A stretch of DNA of 64,000 nucleotides from Octopus bimaculoides (taxonomy: Eukaryota), in assembly GCF_001194135.2 (NCBI RefSeq), contig NC_068988.1, positions 4,615,930-4,679,929 on the forward strand. Direction: 5' to 3'. Below the pieces are notes generated by a model. It was not told where the DNA came from. It ran no database searches and saw nothing but the letters and a program-made list of their open reading frames with translations. The translations under genes and the position numbers were made by a program. Positions 39,718 through 52,400 of the stretch are shown piece after piece. Within the stretch, counting starts at the first letter, position 1; each line of letters starts with the position of its first letter.

Positions 39718-40538
39718 GGGGCCTAATGCAGTTTCGCACTTCTCCTTGAAAAATTCATTTTTTTTAAAAGTTTTTAAATTTAGGTTCCTACGTTTTAGAT
39801 GTCGGAGATTATGAATATGCAAAAAAAATTTAAGCCCCCAATCCCCCAACCACCACCATCCTCTAATTTAAAATTTTGAACTTTTTCGAATTTTTTTCCT
39901 ATGTTTTAGATGACGGAGATTCCGGATATGCAACAAACCACGTTTTGAAACTTTTAAATTCAATAAGCATATAGACAGGTGTATAGATACATAGACATGA
40001 ATGTCTTCCTGGGATTAAGAACAACAGTAACACCGTCTTCTATAGGACTGCCACATTTAGTTGACAAATATATTTTATGAATAAACGGGCAGGGATAGAC
40101 AAATAAATGAATGAAAAAGTTCAAACTTTAGAATTGGAGGAGGGGTGAAATTTGAGCCCCCTTATTAAACTTTATAATATGAATTATTAAATATTAATGT
40201 CTGTTTCTCATAAAATGGCTCCCATGGGGATCTGGTGTATATTTAATTTAGATTAAATTATTATTTACGAATTTTTTAAAGGCAAACACAAGTAAAACGC
40301 AAATCTCTTCACTTTAATGTTTTTGTCTGGATTTAATTTCGATTTGCATATATTCGTCAATTTGCTACGATCTCTTTAAAGTAAACAAAATCAAAAATTT
40401 TAATTTGGGGGAGGGGTGAAATAAAAAGAATTTTTTTTTTACATATTCGTAATCTCCGACATCTAAAACGTAGGAATCGTAATTTTTTTTTTTTTTTAAT
40501 GCATTTTTCAAGGAGAGGTGTGAAACTGCATCAGCCCC
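39718..40538. mobile_element. Non-autonomous DNA transposon (821 bp) with long imperfect TIRs and a 7-bp TSD
   Basis: Left end GGGGCCTAATGCAGTTTCGCACTTCTCCTTGAAAAAT; reverse complement of right end GGGGCTGATGCAGTTTCACACCTCTCCTTGAAAAAT. TIR homology extends about 110-130 bp (CCTACGTTTTAGATGTCGGAGATT). GTTTTGT flanks both ends (39711-39717, 40539-40545). Confidence 0.9.
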
Positions 40539-41194
40539 GTTTTGTATTTGGGCAAAACGCAGTTATATGCTCATCGGCTTAGCAACCAACATATAAGAAT
40601 AGACACCAGATCGTTCACGAGAGTTATTGTCCACCGGCTAAAATTAGTCATTAACCCACTGGAAATTGATAAAATCACATCTAATAAAATCTCTTTAGCT
40701 TACTGTACTTCTCCCGTGTGGTCATGTGCAGATATGCTAGCTATTATCACGGGGTAAGGACCGTAGAAAATAATGAAAGAGTAAGGGAGGTAAAGACTGC
40801 ATCTTTCATTTCTTTGCTTGAAGCTATTTAACTTGCGTCTCCACTGACGGGAGGTGTAAACATGAAAGGGGTTATTTTTCTGACGTCTAAAATACATTTC
40901 TGTCAAATAAAAATAGGATCTAACGAACTGAAGGTTTTAAATATTTTGGGGGGCGTCGATTTGATCAGAAATGTAAAACCTTGGACATGCCTTCAACTGA
41001 GCTTCGTAATTTCACTCAGCAGAGCTATTTCCGCCTTTCATGTGTGAGATCACACTGAACATTTGTAATTTATTATGTCGCAGTCTTTCAACAATATCTA
41101 ACTTCAGAAACAAAATAACCTTTTCTACAAAAGCATCAAAATTATCATTTACATATTTCATGAATAAACATGGTGAAAAAATATTATATCTTAC

Positions 41195-41344
41195 CTCAAA
41201 TTGTTCCTCCAGTTTACTTTTTCCTATGCTGGGATCGAACTCGCATAGACTGGCATAAAAGGATGGAAACGAATCACAGCATATCGTTGTATCCCCGCAT
41301 AACAACGCCTCTAATAGTACGTCATATACGAACACATATTGCTC
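41195..41344 (-). CDS. RPTP exon: end of D1 (EQY motif) and D1-D2 linker
   Basis: ttctcttctag|GAG CAA TAT ... TTT GAG|gtaaga. The 150 nt (phase 0-0) read EQYVFVYDVLLEALLCGDTTICCDSFPSFYASLCEFDPSIGKSKLEEQFE, continuing QTL from the previous exon. Resembles the R2B linker exon (EQY.F.HDA.LEACLCG.T) as recalled. Confidence 0.96.
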
Positions 41345-42404
41345 CTAGAAGAGAAAAGAGAATTATTTTAAGTGTCAGAGAGGAAAACCGAAATGGCAAC
41401 GGAATGAAATAAATCAAAATTGTCCCATTTTGGAAATTTATTGGATGCCAAAAACAAAGAGAAAAAAAGATAAAGAATGAAATAAAATCTATAATGAGAA
41501 GAAAAACAAAAATGAAGTATACAGTAAGAAATACATTTATCGGAGAGTACACACACACACACACGTTTATTTATTTATAAAGGTATGTGTGTATGGGATA
41601 TTCATTCTTTCTTTATTCCTCTTCAGACCTTTAAAATGTATTCTTTTTTGATTCTATTATCATTATTAGTATTATTTTTATTTTTCGTATTATATATCAT
41701 TATGATATTGTTGTTGTTGTTGTTGTAGCTGTTGTTAAATAGAAAACAGTAACTGTGCTATAAAACTGGTGATAAGGGAATAATAATATCGCAGATAACA
41801 CAAAAGCAAAGACCTCCCTGCACTCCCTCCCTTACTGTAATGACAACAACAATAACAAGAAGAACGGGGATGATGATGATAACGATCGTAATAAATATAA
41901 TAAACAACTTCATAATTACCGCCATCGTTATCATTAATGTAATAATTACGACTGCCGTTATCATTAGTGAGTTAATTTATAAACAAAGCGATATTGCCAT
42001 TATTAGCATCGCTCAACCGACCTCCTTGCTACATCCCTATCTTCATCACCATTGCCACCACCATCACCTATAGCAACAATAACAACAACAAGATTAATAA
42101 CGTCATCCTTCCTGATATCATTTACAGCAACCAGCACCACCACTAACCCCATGCACACAAGGGAGTTCGCATGCGGCCGCTGGGTTTGCTAAAATAGCAG
42201 CCGAATCGCCCTCAAATCCCAGCCTGCTATTCTGAAAATGGACGTTTGGGTACTGTATTTTTAGATGATATGTGTGAGGAAGGGGAGAGGAGACCATGGC
42301 TAGAATGCATTAAATGTGCTCAGAAACATATTTCTAGACACCATAAGTACATATATATATGGATGCATAAATTTATACAGACACACACACCCACACCCAC
42401 ACAC

Positions 42405-42476
<72 letters not shown>

Positions 42477-42560
42477 GAGAATGTACGAAAAAACAACAAC
42501 AGACGAGGTGGTGTAAACAACAAAAGGATGTATTAGTATGACGCTCGGGAATACGGAAAG

Positions 42561-42597
42561 TCTTTAACGTTTCGAGCTACGCTCTTCAACAGAAAGA
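42561..42597 (-). ncRNA. Minimal hammerhead-ribozyme-like motif (CUGUUGA core variant)
   Basis: TCTTT CTGTTGA A GAGC-GTA-GCTC GAAA CGT T AAAGA. Perfect 5-bp stem I, 4-bp stem II, palindromic ACGT stem III. Confidence 0.65.
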
Positions 42598-43009
42598 ATA
42601 CGGAGACAAGGAGAAAAACACGGAGAAAAAAATTGAATAGTGTTCAGTCAACGGTCAATCATAATAATAGCTGACCGGAAGTTAGAAATTAAATAAAGAT
42701 GATAAAGGTAATAAAGGAGGTTTACAAAAGTGGAAAAGTTCAAATTTTTTTTGACGTCGTGGTATATTGAGGCGATTTCCAATCAGAAGATGTGTCCAGT
42801 GTAATCCGTGGGTAGGAGAGGTGCAGCCGGAGGGTGTAAAGTTAGGCAAAATGCTACTGTATGATTACCAGTGATATTCCCGGCACAATCTACAAACTAC
42901 TAACTTTAGCAACACCTGCGTAAATGCCGACATTCCTGTCACCAATATCATCACACAGACCACGAGAAAGTCCTGTTAATGTTACTAATATAATACTATG
43001 TTTATGGCC

Positions 43010-43200
43010 AGTTCGTCGCCTTGGCCATAGAGATAGTATTTTGTCCGTCTTTACGTTCTGAGTTCAAATTCCAGCGAGATCAATTTACCTTTCATTCTTT
43101 CGGGTTCGATAAAATATGTACCAGTTGTTTACTGGAGTACGAAGCAATCAACTTATCCCCCCTTCGAAAGTATTGGCCCTGTTCCAAAATTTGAAACCAA
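43010..43200 (+). mobile_element. Family A SINE
   Basis: TTTTGTCCGTCTTTACGTTCTGAGTTCAAATTCC...TCGATAAAATATGTACCAG...GGCCCTGTTCCAAAATTTGAAAC. Confidence 0.88.
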
Positions 43201-44923
43201 TATTATCCCTATGATCATCATCAACACCATCCTTCTTAACCCCACTCACTAAACCGCAACCGAGAATACTACATGAATTAGCAACAATGGTATCTTTCAT
43301 CAGCATGGAAAGTATAACTAGTAGCAAAAGCAATCACCACAACTTCAATAAACTGGATTTGCATTTTCTGAACGAGCTTACTATTAAACCCAGAAAGTAT
43401 TTCCATCAACTGCGTCGCTCGCACACTTTAACAAACTCTCCGTTCGTAGGAAGCATGGAAACACTCAGATATAAAGACCGTCTTTTCAAATACAACGGCC
43501 ATCACACGACCCCGCTTTCATATCAGTAGCAATAGCACTAATAAATATTCACAACAATAATAACAATTACCATCACTACTACTACTACTACTACTACTAC
43601 CAAGAAGAAGAAGAATATCGCAACCGAAGCTATTACCAATATTGTTCACTTTTTAGGTGAGGCCTATAAATATTTTCTGAACATATTTAAAGAGTTTTAG
43701 GTGTTGTTTTTGGTTTTATGAGTTTATAATTATTAATACCATAAAATGTAGGTTTAGATGAAGCAAATCTTTCGTAAATCCTTAAATCACCCGACATGCT
43801 TTCAGTAGAGAACAAAACAAACAAAAGCAATATTACATGAATATAAAACAATAACAAAAAAAAATGATCTAATCTGAAATTAATCTGCCCAATCTTTCAT
43901 TTTAAAAATGATAAAAGTAAAATTAGCAATATAATAAAATAAAATAAACAACATTAATTTTATTGGTTAGTCGCCACAAATATTCTTCATCGCCTTCCAC
44001 AACACCACAAACATCAAACATCTTAATGTATTTGCTTTATTCTATTATTTATTTCTAAAGTTGAAGAACATGCGTAGCGAAAGTAGTTTTGATTGATAGT
44101 TAATATCTTTTTCATTGCTCATCCAATATTACAGTTAACTTGATTTAAATAGAATCGGGATCAAGTAAAAATGAATGATTTATTAAATGGAAGGTTGGGT
44201 GTTGAATAAACCAACAATGATTAATATCTGCACAGATAAAAATTCACTTATAAGATGGGAGAAAAAAAAACATGTGTGAGCGTGTGCATTTATACAGGCA
44301 AAGCCACTTATGGTGATCAACTTGAGACGGTAAGGTTTAGATGAAAATAAACGGCTGATAACATTAAGCAGTTGATATAAGAATATTTTGAGTTTGGCAA
44401 CTACAAATTGTTATAACAATAATCGTTTGATAAACGTATTGATTACAAATAGCTAGTGATATATATATATGTGCGGCTGTGAGTGTGTATGTATATACAC
44501 ACACAGCGGTGCTTGTATGTATATACACACAAGCACCGCTGTATCGATATAGACAATCATGTATATGAATATTCAGATACCACCACGGATATATATACGT
44601 ACCTATATTTAAGTATATAATGTATATATGAATGCTTGTTGCCTATATGTGATATATGCACGTGTGTGTTTCGGTATATATATATATATATATNNNNNNN
44701 NNNNNNNNNNNNNNNNNTATACTTTATTAAAAAGCAGCAAAAATATCACAATCAGTTTTTGTGATATTTTTGCTGCTTTTTAATAAAGCATATTACTCTA
44801 CCTCTGGTATTCAAGTACTATTTTCTCCACCTTGCTTCGCATTTATGTGCTTACTCTGGTATGCATGTATATATATATATATATATGCACTTACACATAT
44901 GTATGTGCATATAAGCCTATATA

Positions 44924-45400
44924 CAGGGTGTCCGAAAAGTCACTAATGGGTTTCATTTTTTATTAACTTCCTTAACTTTACAAATAAATGCATGAAAGTT
45001 TGATACAATATAAAGTACATAATGGAAATTAATTTTCATATATCAAATTTTGCAACACCACTACATCACATACGAAAAAGGGCATCGCTTAAATGGCAAT
45101 CCATTTATGGCTTCGCACGCCCGTGCACTTCCCAAAACTCGCACCATAACACCGTCAAGAGTTTCAGACCCCACTTCTCTTATTTTCTCTATTGATGTTC
45201 TCCTTCAGTTGTACCAGGCTCTCCGGTTTGTTGACGTAAACCCTCTCTTTCGGGATTATTAATTATTGTTGTTGTTTTACTTCTCAGAGCGCTCAGTCTT
45301 GATTGTTCTGGCAGATTCTGTGAGAGCGGACGGCAGCCTCTGCCGTCAGAGGTCTCACGGGGTCTCTTTCCACCCATTATAAGCTTTGGTATTCGTTTGT
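44924..45400 (-). mobile_element. Tc1/mariner-superfamily remnant: transposase C-terminus and right TIR
   Basis: TA|CAGGGTGTCCGAAAAGTC terminus at 44922. Minus-strand KERVYVNKPESLVQLKENI / IREVGSETLDGVMVRVL..ARACEAING resembles the LK.KVY..KP.T..ELK..I...C...NG.H tail of Tc1/mariner transposases. Confidence 0.75.
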
Positions 45401-45419
45401 TGATTATCATGAGAGACAT

Positions 45420-45560
45420 GCAGTATCCATGCACCAATCTCAAAATCCTAGCTGTCCCCAGCAGAATGGTTTTTGGGGCTTGCTCTGCTCTCATGTCAAT
45501 TCCGATTTCTCTGACATATTCCTCGAACTTGGTTGTTAGTGCTCGAAACGCTTCTACATC
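45420..45560 (-). mobile_element. R4/Dong-clade LINE, extreme 3' coding fragment
   Basis: Minus strand ALTTKFEEYVREIGIDMRAEQAPKTILLGTARILRLV matches the C-terminal QK..LLGTA.ILR.VL motif of R4/Dong elements. Confidence 0.8.
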
Positions 45561-45594
45561 AACATCACCATCGTCACCAAAAGTTGTTGTTGTT

Positions 45595-45632
<38 letters not shown>

Positions 45633-46260
45633 TGTTGTTGTTGTAGTAGTGAAGAAAAAGAAGTGTTATAATGTGTACATTAATATTTCTTTGCTAAGGA
45701 AATTACTTAACAGCATGAAACTTCTTGTTCTGTTCTTTAACAAAAATTTTATTTCACGGACATCACCAACAAAAATTTTATTTCACGGACATCACCAACA
45801 AAAATTTCAAATATGCAAATCAAATACAAAAATCAATATCTTAACCCGTTTTATTTAGAAACTAGTATTGCCTTCCATGTTGTTATATTAGCATCAGTTC
45901 TCCATAGAACCATTTTCAGAGTGAATTTACTCTTGGTTTCACTTCATTCCAACAATACCTCACCATCATTCCAACAATACCTCACCATCATTCTCTTTTC
46001 CTATCAATATATCTCTTTGCTGATTAGTTTTCTTTACTTGTTCTCATTTATTTTTTCAATAAATCTACAGTTAAATTTTCATAATTTCGTTATTGTATCG
46101 AACGATATTTATAAACATTGGCAGGTTTTCCTGCTACTCATTCCATTTTATTATACACGTACAGCTTATGTAGTGGTATCTGCATATATTCTTCCTCCAC
46201 ACGCACACACTCACACACACACACGCATATTCTTGCTTATATCTCTATGTTGAAATACAG

Positions 46261-46301
<41 letters not shown>

Positions 46302-47379
46302 CGTGTGTGTGTGTGTGTGTGTGTGTGCGTGTGTGTGTGTGTGTGTGTGTTTTGTATGTACATATATATGTGTGTGTGTGTGTATACATACACACACAAA
46401 AAAAACACATAAACATGTATATAATTTTTCTTACTCATGAAAGAAATGAATAAAAGACAAATATAAGATGGCAGAATTAAAATAATATACATCTGAACTG
46501 TTGGGCTGTTGGTAGGTGGGTGAGGGAGAATGTTTATGAGTTTCTATATGTTTATATACAAAAGTATGTGTCTACAACAAATGTAAGTTTATTAATATAT
46601 GCGTTAGTTGGGAAGATTTACATTCAGTAGAATTCCACCACTACCACTACCACTACCACCATCACTTAACAACACGCTATTGTTTATTTGGTTGCAAGTG
46701 AGGCTGAAATCAGCGCTGTAATTAATTGTAAAATCAATTTATATTCACTGAACCTTCTTCTTTGATATATGCTTCAATCATTCTCTATTACTCTAATTTG
46801 TAAGCAAGTTTTACTTATATTGTCTTCTCTTTTACTAGTTGACTGTTCTTCAGTTGAATACACCTGTTCTGAAATTGAATTTTACAAAAAAAAAATAATC
46901 CGCATACAAGCACCTAATCTTTTTAATACTTTCTTTTTTCGCAGACAATAAACATAGACAAGTCTATTCATTGTTGATTACACCTGTTCGTCAATTAAAC
47001 AAAATACGAATACATAAAGATGCCCTCTCCACTAACGTTGCCAGTATTCAACTAAATCTTCGTGAATGTACTTAGACTGAAAAAAGAACACTTTCATATG
47101 CGATACTGTTTTTTTTTATAAACTGACGCCAGTATTCAGAGCTATCAATTTTAAAGACTCTAGTGTACGATTTTGCTTTATTTCACCAAGTAGTAGTAGC
47201 AGCAGAAGCAGCAGCAGAAGCAGCAGCAGCAGGTTATTCAACTCTTCCATTGTAAATAGAAGACATACTCTATTATAGAAATGTGAGGTTATATTCTATT
47301 TTCCTATAGCCAGTATTTAAATTTTCTCTTTGTTAGTTATTTTACTAGGGAAGGTATCATTAATCATTTCTGATTTAGA

Positions 47380-47540
47380 CACAAGGTCAGCAAGAAGAGG
47401 GTGAGTCGATACCAACGTCTTCAATACTTGGCTACTGCTTTATTTTTTCGATCCCAACAGATGAGAGACGAAGTTCGCTTCGATAGAATTTGAACGCAGA
47501 ACGAAAAGAGAGCTGGAAAAAATACCGTAAACATTTCTTC
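47380..47540 (-). mobile_element. Family A SINE (degenerate)
   Basis: GACACAAGGTCAGC...TTTTTCGATCCC...GAATTTGAACGCAGAACG is the reverse complement of the family A core. Confidence 0.75.
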
Positions 47541-47811
47541 CAAACCACCACATTTAGAAAGATATCAATATTTTGATAAATACCTTCTAAAATCTAGTAA
47601 TACATAAATTGAAAATAATTAACTATAATAACTATAATAGTTTTAATAACCAACTATAACTACTCCCAGAGCTGAGTCCTTTCACCTTATATTGGCAGTT
47701 AAGTTTGCCACAAAACATTTCCTACGATCCTAAAAAATTAAGCTCAGCAATGGGCTGGAAACAACATAAAGCAGAGGGGAATCACGTTTTTTATACTTCA
47801 TTTAATCATTC

Positions 47812-47851
<40 letters not shown>

Positions 47852-48189
47852 TTTGTGTGTATGCAGCATATATTTTAAGATATCTTATTGTACATTTATA
47901 TTGTATAGTATACAATATCTTAAATACATTTATATATCCTATATCACATCGTATCTTATTGTATATTGTATATTTATAGCATTTCTCAGAGCCGGTGAGT
48001 ACGTTTGTGTAAATGGCAGCACACTATTCGCAAAAATATAGCGGTGTCGGTTCGAACCCTACGCGTACGGAAAACCCAGATTTTTTCTGTCGAGCGCTCG
48101 TATGTCCCAATATTAGATTATTTTCTTTTGTCAATGCACGATGATCGTTTATAAGCTTTAAGCTTATAAAATAATATTATTACTTGCAG

Positions 48190-48400
48190 AAGGCGGTGAG
48201 CTGACAGAATCATTGGCGCACCGCACGAAGTGCTTAGCGATATTTCGCCCGGCGCTACGTTCTGAGTTCGAATACCGCCTAAGTCGACTTTACCTTTCAT
48301 ACATTCGAGGTCGATAAAATAAGTACCAGTTGAACACCGGGGTCAATGTAAATGACTCATCCTCTCCCCCAAAAGGGCTGCCGTTGTAAAATTTGAAACC
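48190..48400 (+). mobile_element. Family A SINE (near full length)
   Basis: GGCGGTGAGCTGACAGAATCATTGG...GAGTTCGAATACCGCCTAAGTCGACTTT...GGTCGATAAAATAAGTACCAGTTGAACACCGGGGTC. Confidence 0.9.
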
Positions 48401-48619
48401 TATATTATTATTTGCAGAATTGTGAAATTTGGTACCGCTTTTCAAAAACATCGTACATATGTATATATATATATATATATATAATATTAGGGATAAAATC
48501 CAAAATTATAGGTAAAAACTCAATTAAAATAAATTTATTAAAAATTAAAATTAAATTAAGCTTCACAGTATAAAATATATATAAATATATAGTATTAGGG
48601 AATTGGTATTATTCCCTAA

Positions 48620-48666
<47 letters not shown>

Positions 48667-49897
48667 TATACAGAGAGAGTGAGAGAGAGAAGAGGAGAGG
48701 TTGTATGTTGTAACATATTTGGCATAAAAATATCCCGTTCGTTTTACTAGCAAACGTTTATGCAAACAAGAATTTAAAGTAGTGACGCAAAAGGCTGTCT
48801 AGAATCTATCAATTCCTCAATAACCCATAAATAAAATTTGAAAACTTTAAAAAAGATAACTGATGCTGTGGGCTGCGGCCGGTCTATTGTAGACCCTAAT
48901 ATAGAAAATATTCTAGTTTGCAGATCACTGTAATGGTATGATGTCCACATTGACATATTTTTGTTTCCTTTAATTCTCAAAGTTAGAAAGAAAACTATAC
49001 ATTTTTTGCAAACTATTGTCTGCTATGACACAACCATAACGTTTTTGCCAACTTTTGTATACCATTTTTGATTATGTCAGTTGATATAATCGATTGAATC
49101 GTTGTTAGTAAGTTAATGCTACATTTTAATCGAACTTAGAGATGACAAAGTGACCTTGGTGAAATTAGAAATGGTAAAGTAAGGCATTTAATGTTTTGTT
49201 CTACTGCTTCTGCCGCACGACCACTCATCGAACTCTCAATATTGAACAAGTCAAACTCTTTGCAATAAGTTCATTATAATACTTAATAGTTTCAACCTGA
49301 ATGGGTTATTATCTACAGTTGACTGGTTAGCTGGGTAATATGCTCCCGCCTACCCCAAATCTAGAGACGCCAGTCAGATTTTCTTCACTTTACGTCTTTC
49401 TTTCCTTCCCCATTCATTTATTGATTCATTCCTTCTTCCTTTCTCTCTCCTTCGCCATCGTCCTTTCTTCATTATTTCCAATGTCATTTTTTGTTTTGTT
49501 TATTATTCTCTAGTTTCTTCTGCAATGCCTACATGTCAAAATATGTTTAATCCTTTTTAAGACATCTTACAATGAAAATAAAATTTTAATATATATTGTT
49601 TTGCTTTTTAAATTTTGTGAAACTTAATTTTAGTTAGATATTCCTTTTTACTTTCTTTGCGATTGTTGGTGTTTAATGGAGGGAGGCAGCATCACTGCCA
49701 CTCGACTCGAAGCTATTAACTGAAAAAGCAAACGAAAAAAATTGTCGGATTTATGTCAAAGGAAATGTCAGGAATAACTTTTCTGAAATACATCAAAGTC
49801 CCCACCACACACACCTTTGTCATACGTAATAAATGTGTGCGAGTGGATAGATTTGATTCCTGGCGTGAAGAACAGCATGTACGTGCGCGCGCGCGTG

Positions 49898-49966
<69 letters not shown>

Positions 49967-51415
49967 TTATGCATGTGTATATATGTATGTATACATAAAT
50001 GTATGTATATATGTGTATGTATATATATGTAAGTATATATATGTATATATATGTATATATATATGTGTGTGTGTGTTTGCACATATACACACCTAATATA
50101 CATATATGTCCCTGTGTATGTATATATATATATATATATATATACACATACATACACACAGAGACGTATGTCTATGTGCATATCTATGTATGTATACATG
50201 TAGGTAGATAGGTAGGTAGGTAGGTAGGTAGGTAGATAGATTTGTAGGTAGGTAGGTAGGTAGGTAGGTAGGTATGAGCATCTGATTCTGCACTAATACA
50301 TACAATCACACATCGCGACTGAAACATACATAAAAACGTGCATACACATGTCAGGCATTTGTGTGTGTGTGTGTGTGCGTGTGCGCGCGCACCTTTATAT
50401 GTGTACGTATAGATATATGGATGACGATGGAATTAAACAACTATACGTATGTATTTTTTTGCAAAAATATCAAAATTACCTCACCCACCACACACCCTTG
50501 TTTGCACACACAACAAATCGATAACTATGTACCACCATTGCAACATAGATTTAGTTAATGCTGCATAGAAATACATTCATTTCAGTACACAAGTGCCTCG
50601 CTTCAAAAACAATACACTCTCTCTTCTCCTCTGTGTGTGTATGTATGTATGTGTATGTGTGTGAGGGGGTAGATGTAGGTATGTGTGCGAGTTATTTAAA
50701 GCTAACACTCATAGTGTTGTTTAAATAATCGCCCTAATACAGTGAAAAGAGAAAGAAAAGTTCGATCCTTTTGTCTTAATATATGTGTATATCTTTTTTT
50801 CAATAACTAGTTACAATAATTTATCGAATCGCTTTAACGTACAGAAAACTCTTTTAAACTTGGGTCACCACAAAAGTTTTTCACCTCACTTCCTTCAGTT
50901 TGATTCCATAATTTACAATTTTATTTTTAATCATTTTCACTCTCTGATTATTTTCTTTTTCAATTACAGTTCCTCTAGTATCGGTCAAATGTCTTCCTCT
51001 ATTATTCGTCATATGATTCAGTCAAACATGGGCTTCTTTTTATTGTCTATTCTCTTCCATCTTTCCCTACTTGCAAACGTCTTTTAAACAACAGACATTT
51101 GCTCGACGTCTTTAAAAACACAGATTAAATCATTATTTTTTCTATTTTCCCATATTCCTACCTCTCTCTCTCTTTCCTTTCCTCTTTCTTTCTCCCTCTC
51201 ACTGGAATCCTCTCTAGATAACTCATTGTCTTGTTTAAAAATTATTCTATCTTTTATTATTCTTTTCAATTCATTATGACAATGCTTTAAATAAAAGAAT
51301 AGAAATTTTAATTACAGTTCAACTTCATCAGAATGCATTTAGTTTCATAACAAAACATTTATTAAACTTTCCTTCGTCATATTTTAATAATATCATATGG
51401 ATAACTTACATTATG

Positions 51416-51454
<39 letters not shown>

Positions 51455-52089
51455 GAAAACCAAGAGGAGGCTGGAGATTTATTCACATCCAAAACTTTTT
51501 TATTAAAAGTTTTCTACAGCATATATAACAATGACCAACACATGTTTCTACTGCAGCAACTGCACATTGCTCTGTATGCAATTATGCATGTTAGTCATCA
51601 AGTTTCCATCACTAACGACGTTTTCAAAGTGAACTCATTCAAACAAGCTTCTTGCGATGGTATTCAGTTGAAGGTGTTAGCGTTTTAAATCAAATTGAAT
51701 TTTGATCTGCCAATTACCTCTACTGGTATTACAGATGAATCGTGGTTTTAAAATGTTTATTTATATTACAATTAATTGTTTTGCTTACATTTTACTGTAT
51801 GAAGTAAATTATTTATCCAGAAGTATTTCGCTTATTTTGCGTTTATACCCTCAGTTAATATAATTGTTATTATTATTATAATTATATTAATTAATATTTT
51901 CTGCATAAATATCATTTATTGTCACTATCATTATTTTAACTAGTTTAATCATTATAGATGGTAGTTATGTTTCTTTAAATTGTTTAAGCGCATATTTTGT
52001 CCAGTGTGAACATCTTATAGCCTATTCCAGTCTAGTGTTTATAAGAGTAAATTTAGAAGAGAAAATTTGGTACATTTCTTCCACGTGTG

Positions 52090-52253
52090 AAGGTGTGGCT
52101 TTGTGGTAAGAAGTTTTCTTCCCAACCACATGGTCCCGGGTTCAGTCCTACTGCGTGGAACTTTAGGCAAATGCCTTTTGCTATAGCCTCGGGCCGATCA
52201 AAGGCTTGTGAGTGGATTTGTTAGGCGAAAACGGAAAGAAGTCCATCATATAC

Positions 52254-52285
<32 letters not shown>

Positions 52286-52400
52286 ATGCATGTCCTTGTG
52301 TCTGTGTTTTCCCCCTACCACCGCTTCACAACCGGTGTTGGTGTGTTTACGTTTCTGTAAATTAGCTGTTCATCAAAACAGACTGATAGAATAAGTACAG
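52090..52400 (+). mobile_element. tRNA-derived SINE, family B
   Basis: GGTGTGGCTTTGTGGTAAGAAG...CCACATGGTCCCGGGTTCAGTCC with an internal (TA)(TG) microsatellite and tail ...CAAAACAGACTGATAGAATAAGTAC. Confidence 0.88.

Noticed and set aside
45739-45992. Short tandem duplications (29 bp at 45739-45807, 22 bp at 45945-45992, and 15 bp near 1447) as a CRISPR-like array
   Set aside because: Only about 2 adjacent units with no spacers, typical of slippage duplications in eukaryotic introns.
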